Virus record (IMG/VR): IMGVR_UViG_3300045988_015817
From: a virus
Direction: 5' to 3' (one strand)
Length of the DNA: 57,804 nt
Shown here piece by piece: positions 15,622 to 22,748 of this stretch. Position 1 is the first letter of the stretch, and the number at the start of each line of letters is the position of its first letter. The position numbers and the translations under genes are program-made. The notes beneath the pieces are model-generated. The model did not search any database. It was not told the origin of the DNA and saw only the letters and a list, made by a program, of their open reading frames with translations.

Positions 15622-16181
15622 TACATTCCCTCCTTCATAGTTTTAAACAACTGATTAAAGCTGTCATCATTGAACTCAATTGCATGGTAAATATCTTTCG
15701 AAATGTTCCTGCTATCGACTGGAGTATCCTTTGGTAACTTACCAGCGATTAACGGGCTCTTGCCAATTGTCTTCATTACTGAATTCAGCTCAATGTATTT
15801 TGACAGCTTTACAGCCTTGAGCCCAGACAAATCAATAGGTGCTGACGTGGTGTGCATATCAAATATATTATTGTCCAGGTACAGCATCTTCTTATCGATA
15901 TCTCTTGTTGAGAATGGAATAATCATACTCTGATCATTATCTCGATATAAGAATACTGCAGACAACATACCTCCACAGATCGGAACTAACCGAATAGAAT
16001 TGCATTCCGACGTCACCTTACTCTCATTGAAATTACCATCCAATCCCATAAAATCTTCAACATACTCTACTACCATTTTTGTTTCCTCCTTATCATTTTT
16101 CTTAGCGTTCATTTTGAACGGATGCTTAATAGCCTTACTTACAATAATTACCCCTGAAATTACAAATCCGATCAGTGTCAT
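15621..16181 (-). CDS. Membrane-anchored hypothetical protein (186 aa as annotated; may start at 16220 if the in-frame TGA is decoded)
   Basis: Track ORF. There is no SD before ATG 16181, but a strong GGAGG-N8-ATG at 16220 is followed by AAA TGA in the same frame (see findings). Confidence 0.65.
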   Translation of the reverse strand: MTLIGFVISGVIIVSKAIKHPFKMNAKKNDKEETKMVVEYVEDFMGLDGNFNESKVTSECNSIRLVPICGGMLSAVFLYRDNDQSMIIPFSTRDIDKKMLYLDNNIFDMHTTSAPIDLSGLKAVKLSKYIELNSVMKTIGKSPLIAGKLPKDTPVDSRNISKDIYHAIEFNDDSFNQLFKTMKEGM

Positions 16182-16252
16182 TACGACATAAGTAATTGGT
16201 TTACTAAATAATCATTTCATTATAATTACCTCCTTATGATAATAGTTTATTT

Positions 16253-16283
16253 CTCATTATAGTACATGAGATTTTTTTGCGAG
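16253..16283 (-). promoter_or_regulatory. Promoter-like motif copy e (16-nt spacer)
   Basis: Minus strand reads ctcgcaaaaaaatctcatgtacTATAATgag. Confidence 0.5.
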
Positions 16284-16313
16284 AAAAAAGAGGAAGCTAA
16301 TTATCTGGTTTCC
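16284..16313 (-). terminator. Probable terminator of an orphan ~100-nt transcription unit
   Basis: Minus RNA folds as GGAAAC-CAGAUAAUUA-GCUUCC (one mismatch) followed by UCUUUUUUCU. The loop resembles the loops of the terminators at 12596 and 16417. Confidence 0.4.
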
Positions 16314-16366
16314 GTGCTCCATCTTTCGATTTCGTTTCCATAAGATAACTGTCCAGCCCAGGTCAT
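16301..16366 (-). CDS. Possible 21-aa micro-ORF inside the orphan unit
   Basis: Hand-translated: MTWAGQLSYGNEIERWSTETR. Its UAA sits in the terminator loop, as in two neighbouring real genes. The nearest GAGGAG is 18 nt upstream, which is a poor SD spacing. Confidence 0.25.
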   Translation of the reverse strand: MTWAGQLSYGNEIERWSTETR

Positions 16367-16387
16367 TAGCCTAGGATTCGCTTACTC

Positions 16388-16416
16388 CTCATTATAAGAA
16401 TTGAATTTTTTGCGAG
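16388..16416 (-). promoter_or_regulatory. Promoter-like motif copy f
   Basis: Minus strand reads ctcgcaaaaaattcaattctTATAATgag, nearly identical to copy h. Confidence 0.5.
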
Positions 16417-16446
16417 AAAAAAGAAAGAGACCTTGAATTAGGCCTC
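16417..16446 (-). terminator. Rho-independent terminator with the stop codon in its loop
   Basis: Minus RNA folds as GAGGCC-UAAUUCAA-GGUCUC followed by UUUCUUUUUUCU. Confidence 0.55.
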
Positions 16447-16587
16447 CTTTACTTGAAACAAAGAATTCCAAAATGTTGTACATTCTTCAACAGTTATATC
16501 ACTCTCAGGTTTGATCTTCAAATACTCTCTATTTTTTCTATCATCTTCCTCAGTGATACGCTCTGCTGTTCTAATCTCTCTAAACAT
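16438..16587 (-). CDS. Small acidic protein (49 aa)
   Basis: Hand-translated: MFREIRTAERITEEDDRKNREYLKIKPESDITVEECTTFWNSLFQVKEA. GGAGGTATTTATTATG start context. Confidence 0.55.
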   Translation of the reverse strand: MFREIRTAERITEEDDRKNREYLKIKPESDITVEECTTFWNSLFQVKEA

Positions 16588-16608
16588 AATAAATACCTCC
16601 TTTTATTT

Positions 16609-16637
16609 CTCATTATAATATATGAAATATTTGCGAA
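16609..16637 (-). promoter_or_regulatory. Promoter-like motif copy g
   Basis: Minus strand reads ttcgcaaatatttcatatatTATAATgag. Confidence 0.5.
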
Positions 16638-16668
16638 AAAGGAACGGGCTTTGAATCGCCCGCGTCCC
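16636..16668 (-). terminator. Rho-independent terminator
   Basis: Minus RNA folds as GGA(CG)CGGGC-GAUUCAAA-GCCCG(U)UCC followed by UUUUUCG, directly after the stop at 16674. Confidence 0.5.
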
Positions 16669-16673
16669 TAGAC

Positions 16674-16892
16674 TTATTTAGTTTTCTTCTTTGATTTTTT
16701 AGAATCATACCACATCTGCAGTTGACCATACTCCCATACGCATGCCGCATATCCAACAACACTCAATCCTAATCCGATCCAGAGACCTACATTGTAGATC
16801 ATCCAAAATCCAATTAACATTACTAATGTTGGTGCGCATACGAAACTTAAAGCTGCCATCAATGCAAATGCTCGTTCAATCTTTCTTTTCAT
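16674..16892 (-). CDS. Two-helix membrane protein (72 aa)
   Basis: SD-led track ORF with two hydrophobic segments and a Lys-rich tail. Confidence 0.75.
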   Translation of the reverse strand: MKRKIERAFALMAALSFVCAPTLVMLIGFWMIYNVGLWIGLGLSVVGYAACVWEYGQLQMWYDSKKSKKKTK

Positions 16893-16916
16893 ATTAGTTA
16901 CCTCCTAAATATAATC

Positions 16917-16945
16917 TTCATTATAAGAATTGAATTTTTTGCGAG
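16917..16945 (-). promoter_or_regulatory. Promoter-like motif copy h
   Basis: Minus strand reads ctcgcaaaaaattcaattctTATAATgaa. Confidence 0.5.
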
Positions 16946-16985
16946 AAAAAAGAAACACCCAATGAATATCCAGCGATACTCTGAC

Positions 16986-17018
16986 GTCCCTAGACCATCG
17001 TATAAACAGCCTAGGGAC
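16986..17018. repeat. Perfect 8-bp inverted repeat GTCCCTAG-N17-CTAGGGAC just downstream of the holin gene
   Basis: Read directly. It is built from the over-represented GTCCCTAG octamer. No adjacent U-tract. Confidence 0.6.
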
Positions 17019-17029
17019 ATATATGCATA

Positions 17030-17254
17030 CTACTGCCTTTTTGCCGAAGCAGCTTTGCGTTTGTTATGCTGGCTAGTGCTAATACCGAGCAGGGCACCAA
17101 GAAAAGTATCTACTGCAGTAATAGTTCCTACGACCTGGTCTCCATACGGAAGTCCCCAGATGGTAGCAAGTGTGAAATATAAAGTACCAATTGCTGGTAA
17201 AGCAATCAGAGCGATCCATTTAAGAATATCATATTGTTTATTTGTTAACTTCAT
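17030..17254 (-). CDS. Holin, Dp-1-like family (74 aa)
   Basis: Track ORF trimmed to MKLTNKQYDILKWIALIALPAIGTLYFTLATIWGLPYG..GTITAVDTFLGALLGIS, with a GGAAGGAG SD. This matches the Dp-1 holin signature as I remember it. Confidence 0.75.
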   Translation of the reverse strand: MKLTNKQYDILKWIALIALPAIGTLYFTLATIWGLPYGDQVVGTITAVDTFLGALLGISTSQHNKRKAASAKRQ

Positions 17255-17582
17255 TTTGACTTTCTCCTTCCGATATTGGTGGTACGGTAAATATTTTGAG
17301 TCGGTTGACTCCCTCCATAACCCTCTTTGCTGAGCCATTTCCGCCTAGGGCTTTGTACGGTTCATAAAGATAGTCGCTCAGATTCTCATATTCATCTTTG
17401 GTGATCCATCCGCGTTCGATGTATGTCATCCCTAACGCTACAATGCGGTCATGGGCCAGTCCAATTAGCATCTGACTTTGTAATGATTTTTTGTCATCTT
17501 TTTTCTGGAGCCAAGCCCAGAATCCCGAGGATGCAATAACCGAGCACAACACAGTGACAATTATCGATACGATGCTTTCCAT
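17238..17582 (-). CDS. Lysis-cassette-associated membrane protein (114 aa)
   Basis: N-terminal TM helix followed by LAHDRI..GWITKDEYENL..LYEPYKALGGNG, a motif I recall from proteins adjacent to holins in Firmicutes phages. Confidence 0.6.
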   Translation of the reverse strand: MESIVSIIVTVLCSVIASSGFWAWLQKKDDKKSLQSQMLIGLAHDRIVALGMTYIERGWITKDEYENLSDYLYEPYKALGGNGSAKRVMEGVNRLKIFTVPPISEGESQNEVNK

Positions 17583-17592
17583 AATTTCCTCC

Positions 17593-17976
17593 TTATGCGA
17601 TTACTCTATCAAGTTCATAAGGAATAAACATCCATGCGTCATTACCTAATACAGAATAAGCTATTGAAAATATCTTAGTTCCATAATCGGCTATAAAGTT
17701 GCAGACCCATTCTTCAGCCCATATCCAATATTCTGGCTTTACAACCTTATGAATATCGTCTAGCAAACTGTAACTAACAAGAGCACAATGACCTAGCTCA
17801 TGGATAAGAACTTTCATAAGGAGCGCACCAGATAAGCTCCTCGACATGAAAATAGTTGCAAGGTTTGGATCAGTGGTGGCTAATGTCATTTTTCCAGTCC
17901 TATCCATAAGCATTTTGTCATTTGGGTTTACGAACTTTATTCTCCATAAATATCCATTCATTGAGAATCTGTCCAT
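17593..17976 (-). CDS. Small HExxH zinc metallopeptidase-like protein (127 aa)
   Basis: Contains LIHELGHCAL (HExxH). The SD is weak. Confidence 0.6.
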   Translation of the reverse strand: MDRFSMNGYLWRIKFVNPNDKMLMDRTGKMTLATTDPNLATIFMSRSLSGALLMKVLIHELGHCALVSYSLLDDIHKVVKPEYWIWAEEWVCNFIADYGTKIFSIAYSVLGNDAWMFIPYELDRVIA

Positions 17977-17990
17977 AATCGCAGTTCTCT

Positions 17991-18623
17991 TTAGATACTC
18001 ATGCTGTCTACTAATGTAGAAAGTTCGGTTTTCATTCTGCGTTTCAATTCAGGGCTGGCCTCGCTCCAAATGTCACGCATAGAGATAATGGCCTTCTCGA
18101 CATGTTCTTCTCCATGCTGTTCCATTCTCTCTTTATCTTCTGATGATCCAGTTTTCGTATAATGTTTTCTTGCATCAGACCAAGAATCATACGCAGCGCC
18201 ATAAGTGCTAACTGGTTTATTCATCATTTTTGGATCATTTTGATCAATGTAACCGTAACGAAGTTTCATTTGATCTGCAAACTCTGTTGGATCTCCAGTG
18301 AGATACTGCTGCATAATGTAGTCTTCACCTTCTAAATATGGCATATATCCATATCTAGTTCCATGCCCAGTTGAAGCGTATCTACCACTAGAAGCATAAC
18401 GATTTGGGTTGTAACCGTAAGATCCATCGCCCATAGCTTCCACAATCGACTTGTAATATTTCGACTGCATGCAGTAGTTCTCGGCTTCGTAAATGTCTTT
18501 GATCATGTCAACAACTTCTCCCATTTCGTGGGCATCTACGCATTCGATTCCATGTGAGAGTTGTTCTTTTACCGAATCAACAAGGGTTGCCTTAATAGAA
18601 CAAAGGTCTTTCATCTTTTCCAT
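17991..18623 (-). CDS. Hypothetical protein (210 aa)
   Basis: SD-led track ORF with a Tyr/Gly-rich middle section. Confidence 0.8.
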   Translation of the reverse strand: MEKMKDLCSIKATLVDSVKEQLSHGIECVDAHEMGEVVDMIKDIYEAENYCMQSKYYKSIVEAMGDGSYGYNPNRYASSGRYASTGHGTRYGYMPYLEGEDYIMQQYLTGDPTEFADQMKLRYGYIDQNDPKMMNKPVSTYGAAYDSWSDARKHYTKTGSSEDKERMEQHGEEHVEKAIISMRDIWSEASPELKRRMKTELSTLVDSMSI

Positions 18624-18638
18624 TTTGACGACACCTCC

Positions 18639-19043
18639 TTAGGCAAGCCTACGAACAATAAAAGCGCTGTTAGCAGCGACAGTTACGTCCGCAGTACCAT
18701 TATTAGTTACGGTTATACGATCGTAGTCCCCGCAGCAATTCTTGATTAAAGTTGAAGTAGCTACGTTGTTAGAAGCGTTAGCGGCTCCAGGAGTAGCAAC
18801 CATAGTTGTCTCTGGCATGGTTACGCCACCTAATTGAAAAGCAAGCTGAACAGGAGTGCCTGCGACTGCTCCCGAGATGTTACCAGCAAAAGAAACTTCA
18901 TAAATACCATTAGCTCTCATTTTGACAGATCCTGTGTTTTCCCTATGGCACTCAGCACAACCTGTTTTGAGAAGAACTTTGTCAAAGGTAATGGACTGAC
19001 CAGCAGGCAATACCTGGGCAGTAGTATTTGATAATTCAATCAT
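18639..19043 (-). CDS. BclA C-terminal-domain-like (C1q/TNF-like jelly-roll) protein (134 aa)
   Basis: MIELSNTTAQVLPAGQSITFDKVLLKTGC..CHR...GIYEVSFAGNI resembles BclA-CTD-like proteins of Clostridia. This is from memory, not from a search. Confidence 0.5.
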   Translation of the reverse strand: MIELSNTTAQVLPAGQSITFDKVLLKTGCAECHRENTGSVKMRANGIYEVSFAGNISGAVAGTPVQLAFQLGGVTMPETTMVATPGAANASNNVATSTLIKNCCGDYDRITVTNNGTADVTVAANSAFIVRRLA

Positions 19044-19107
19044 TTTGTAATACCTCCATACAAGGGAGAGCCCATTACTAGACCCTCCCTAATCATTTTG
19101 ACGTTAA

Positions 19108-19857
19108 TTAGCAGCAACCGTTATTATTTGATCCGCAGTAGCATCCAAACCCGTAGTTTGCATATGGATTTGGTACTGTAAATGCCGGAACAGCCGCTGG
19201 ACGTAACTGATTAACGAGATACTGGTTCTGAGCACACTGAGATGCTGTAAGCTCCAGTTTGTTAATAGCAGCCTGCTGACTAGCGATTGTCTGATCTTTC
19301 GCATCCATCTGCATTTTGACCATTTCATCATGCAGAGCGCGATAGTTGGCATTATCGTTGTCAATAATGTCTCTTGTCTGATTTTGAATAGCGTTAGTGA
19401 TAGCGCATGTGTTTGTAGCCATATCATACTGAATCTGAGCCTGACCCTGACGGTTCTGGCAGCAGCAATCAGCTAACTGTGTCTGGATTGCATTTGTTGA
19501 CTGTAAGTTTGCGATATTAGAAGCATTAGCACTGTCGCTAATAGCATTCTGAAGAGCGTTAGTAGACTGAAGCAGGCTAGTGTTCATAGCATAGAATCCA
19601 TCGCAAATTCCATTGTCAATGCCGCTAAGCTTGTTAAGGATTGACTGGGTATCAAATCCTCTCTGGAGATCACCGTTAGTTGCACAGCCCTCTCCATTTC
19701 GTCCCTGGCCACCCCAGCCATTTCCCCATCCGCCGAAGATAGCAAACAGGATGATTAACACCCACCATCCATTTCCATTACCCCAGCCATCACCGTTTCC
19801 ATCTTTTGTAACAGCAGCAATATCTGCAAGACTTGGTGCACTACCCATATTAAACAT
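19108..19857 (-). CDS. G/W/N-rich membrane protein with Q/N-rich coiled region and Cys-rich C-terminus (249 aa)
   Basis: GNGDGWGNGNGWWVLIILFAIFGGWGNGWGG, then ...CCCQ..., ending in ...GFGCYCGSNNNGCC. SD-led. Confidence 0.8.
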   Translation of the reverse strand: MFNMGSAPSLADIAAVTKDGNGDGWGNGNGWWVLIILFAIFGGWGNGWGGQGRNGEGCATNGDLQRGFDTQSILNKLSGIDNGICDGFYAMNTSLLQSTNALQNAISDSANASNIANLQSTNAIQTQLADCCCQNRQGQAQIQYDMATNTCAITNAIQNQTRDIIDNDNANYRALHDEMVKMQMDAKDQTIASQQAAINKLELTASQCAQNQYLVNQLRPAAVPAFTVPNPYANYGFGCYCGSNNNGCC

Positions 19858-19870
19858 AATTACTTCCTCC

Positions 19871-20083
19871 TTATTTTACATGAAAGAACTGTTCTGCTTG
19901 TCTAATAGCATCTTCTTTACTTACACCCATAGACTTACAAATGTTCTCTGCAATCTCCTGCCCTTTTTTCTCATCTCCAGATTGAATAACATTAATCATA
20001 CTTTGAGCATTTGGGTTATTGGCAATATTAGGATTCTCCTTTAGAATCTTCATCGCCATTTGCTGAATGCATTGACTTATCAT
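19871..20083 (-). CDS. Small hypothetical protein (70 aa)
   Basis: AAGGAGG SD. Overlaps the 3' end of the upstream gene by 56 nt. Confidence 0.6.
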   Translation of the reverse strand: MISQCIQQMAMKILKENPNIANNPNAQSMINVIQSGDEKKGQEIAENICKSMGVSKEDAIRQAEQFFHVK

Positions 20084-20555
20084 TCTTTTTGTCCTCCTTG
20101 AATCGCGACTTATTTTGATGATTTTGCCTCTTGAGCATGTTTTCTATCCTGTCAAGTTGAGCTTTTAATTCTCCGGTGCTATCAGCATTTTGACACTCTG
20201 ATTGAGCCTGCTCATTCGAACTTGGAGAATAGATAAGACTTTGCAGAACACCATTGCTGTTCCACTGCTTGGCAATAATGCTCTTACAATCTTCTGTCAT
20301 AAACAGGCAAATGCTACCATCCATCGGTATTTCTGCAGGTACAATGTCCTGTTCTGAAGTTACAATCCTTCCTCTGATTGGAATAATTGGTTGTTGGTTC
20401 GCCATTGCATTTGACAGATTAGGCTGCCCTACGGCCCGGTTGTTCATAACTTGGGGATTATGATTTAACCTTGGTCCTCCATTCCAATTTGGTTGGTCTA
20501 CAGGACCCATAGGCTGTCGCATTCCCTGGGTATTGATATTTGGTGTATAATCCAT
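20028..20555 (-). CDS. Hypothetical protein with Q/N/P-rich N-terminus (175 aa)
   Basis: SD-led track ORF. First gene after the 154-nt noncoding region. Confidence 0.75.
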   Translation of the reverse strand: MDYTPNINTQGMRQPMGPVDQPNWNGGPRLNHNPQVMNNRAVGQPNLSNAMANQQPIIPIRGRIVTSEQDIVPAEIPMDGSICLFMTEDCKSIIAKQWNSNGVLQSLIYSPSSNEQAQSECQNADSTGELKAQLDRIENMLKRQNHQNKSRFKEDKKNDKSMHSANGDEDSKGES

Positions 20556-20709
20556 AGCAAAACAGCTCCTTTCTTATTTTGATTGAAATGTTCTTATCTC
20601 TAGACACAAACGAGTAAAAGTCTAGGGATATTATTAAATTTTCTTTTAACGTCGCTTGGACAATCAAAAAAATTACTGCAATGGAATCACCTCCCTAAAC
20701 CATTTTGAT

Positions 20710-21057
20710 TTATGCTAAAGACTCACTAGTAGCCTCTAATTCTGAGCCGTCAGTTGTAATAACTGGGTCATTCTTGTAAGCCCTGATGGTAACATCATTG
20801 GATAATCCATCATGGATCTCAATAACGTTATCCAGTTTGAACCCATCGAATGTGGTGACATTTCCATTGTCGTCTGTGATCTCCATATGAGAGATATTGT
20901 CGGCATTTCGGGCCGTAGAAGCGATCCTGTCAAACACTGCTGGGGATTCATATGTTGAAGTAATGTTCAGATAAGTTCTACCTGATTGATTCTGAGCATA
21001 CTCTCTTGTAAATTTGCGAATATCAACTGTCGTTCCGTTTCCGAATTTAAGTTTCAT
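20710..21057 (-). CDS. Hypothetical protein (115 aa)
   Basis: AGGAGG SD. Overlaps the end of the rSAM gene by 11 nt. Confidence 0.75.
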   Translation of the reverse strand: MKLKFGNGTTVDIRKFTREYAQNQSGRTYLNITSTYESPAVFDRIASTARNADNISHMEITDDNGNVTTFDGFKLDNVIEIHDGLSNDVTIRAYKNDPVITTDGSELEATSESLA

Positions 21058-22384
21058 TTTGATCCTCCTTACTTAATTCTTTAAGCATATTAAGTTCTTC
21101 CTCTCCGATAATAGGAATGGCCCATTCGTCCGGGCAGTATATTTTGAATCTCTGTTTCCAATGTTTCTTACGATACCACTTATTCCAGAAGTATGCATTT
21201 GCAAGAGATCGAGTCTTGTGCATATCGCAAATATAAGTACAACGAGAATCTGGAGTTCCATTTTCTTGGTAGTTGTACGCAGAGCACCAACTGCAACCCT
21301 CAGCTATAGGACAATAGAAACACTCGTCACTAGACTCTGTTCTTCTGTCGATCTTATTCAGACATTCGACGCATTGCTTGTCGCATGTTCTCTGTGCAAT
21401 CCCGAAATTTACGTGACCAATTCTAAGAGGCTCTCGAGATGTTCCTAGACTGCTCTCCATATATCTTATACATGGATAAAGCCATCCGTCTGGGTCCATC
21501 GCCAGCATGAAGCCAGTTCCTCCACACCAGTTTTCGACATCCGTTTCTTCCTTTGGTTTGAAGAAGTCATTCTCGAATAATGCCATGAAATGGTCGTCGG
21601 CTAAGTCATTTTCAAGCCAATAATCGGCTAACATTTTGAGCTGCTCATAATAGATTTTCGCGTGCTCCAATGTCCATCCTTTTTCATAAACGACATTTGC
21701 ATTAATATCTTTGTATCCAAGTTCTACCATATGCTTAATCGCCGAGAATAGATGCTGCACATTACCTGGCGCTATGGTGATCTTAGAGCCCATATAGTAT
21801 CCTCTTGATATCCAATCTTGGGCTCCAGCTACTGCTATGTCATAAGACCCAGTACCATCTGGAAAGACTCTACAAGCATCGTGCAGAGCCTTATTTCCAT
21901 CGATGGTAATTGAGAAAGAGAGGTTATGACGCCATTTGTTCAGGAACTTCTGAACCTTAGGCTCAAAATATAATACACCATTTGAGCAAATCGAAATACA
22001 AAATTTTGTTGCCCATGGGTGCATCAACTCGATAGCCTTATCATAGAAATACGTGCAAATCTGATCAATAAGATCCACGCATAAGAAAGGCTCTCCGCCA
22101 ATAAACTCAATGATAATACCAGGTGATGTAGAGGCGTCGATGTAGTTACCGAGGCGTTCATCACCGGTAAGAAGCATATCAATAAGTTTCTTTGCATCTT
22201 CGAACTTCATTTTTCTCTTGCCTTTGTTTATCTGGTAACAGTAGGTACAGCACAAGTTACACTCGTCTGTTACTTGAAAAGTCACGGTACGAGATAAAGT
22301 TCTTCTGTCAGATGCATTATTTGTAATAATTGTCTCAGGATACAACCTTCCAATCATATCCTGAAACTGTTCAAACTTCTTCAT
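21047..22384 (-). CDS. Radical SAM enzyme with C-terminal SPASM-type Cys-rich domain (peptide/protein maturase-like, 445 aa)
   Basis: CNLCCTYC gives a Cx3Cx2C motif. The C-terminal region contains CGGTGF..DPDGWLYPC, CDKQCVEC and CFYCPIAEGCSWC. Confidence 0.9.
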   Translation of the reverse strand: MKKFEQFQDMIGRLYPETIITNNASDRRTLSRTVTFQVTDECNLCCTYCYQINKGKRKMKFEDAKKLIDMLLTGDERLGNYIDASTSPGIIIEFIGGEPFLCVDLIDQICTYFYDKAIELMHPWATKFCISICSNGVLYFEPKVQKFLNKWRHNLSFSITIDGNKALHDACRVFPDGTGSYDIAVAGAQDWISRGYYMGSKITIAPGNVQHLFSAIKHMVELGYKDINANVVYEKGWTLEHAKIYYEQLKMLADYWLENDLADDHFMALFENDFFKPKEETDVENWCGGTGFMLAMDPDGWLYPCIRYMESSLGTSREPLRIGHVNFGIAQRTCDKQCVECLNKIDRRTESSDECFYCPIAEGCSWCSAYNYQENGTPDSRCTYICDMHKTRSLANAYFWNKWYRKKHWKQRFKIYCPDEWAIPIIGEEELNMLKELSKEDQNET

Positions 22385-22388
22385 AGGC

Positions 22389-22718
22389 TTAGCCCTCTAA
22401 TACGGTAATGTGTACGAGGTGCTCTGAAAAGTCTGTTACTGCCCATCTGAATTTAACATCTTTTCCTTCATGCTCCAGAACACGAGGCTGTAAAGACTTT
22501 TCTAACTCAGCTTTAGCAATATCGTAGGAACACTCAGCCTCTTCAAGCAGTTTGTGATAATGCTTGAATGGTACTGAGTCCAGCACTGAAGCATCCGTAT
22601 CATCTTTCGCCGACTCAAGCATATGAGCTACAACGTCTTTTCTAGTCATAACCTCGTATGCAAGTCTCTGTAAATAGTCAGCTGTTTCCTTGTTAAGTTC
22701 TAATGTAAAGTTTTTCAT
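22389..22718 (-). CDS. Small acidic helical protein, putative accessory or partner of the maturase (109 aa)
   Basis: SD-led track ORF sandwiched between the Cys-repeat protein and the rSAM gene. Confidence 0.7.
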   Translation of the reverse strand: MKNFTLELNKETADYLQRLAYEVMTRKDVVAHMLESAKDDTDASVLDSVPFKHYHKLLEEAECSYDIAKAELEKSLQPRVLEHEGKDVKFRWAVTDFSEHLVHITVLEG

Positions 22719-22748
22719 ATTAGTTAACTCCTTTTCTTTTAATAGTTT

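Noticed and set aside
19044-19107. 18-codon ORF (MIREGLVMGSPLYGGITK) in the gap between 19108..19857 and 18639..19043
   Set aside because: It has no SD. The stretch is better explained by an AGGGAG...CUCCCU hairpin and the SD of the downstream gene.
20458-20667. Track ORF 20458..20667 (69 aa, TTG start) in the noncoding region upstream of 20028..20555
   Set aside because: The TTG is only 19 nt downstream of the GGGAGG, which is poor spacing. The ORF overlaps the well-supported downstream gene by ~100 nt in another frame. Its sequence is low-complexity, and it spans the inverted repeat that looks regulatory.
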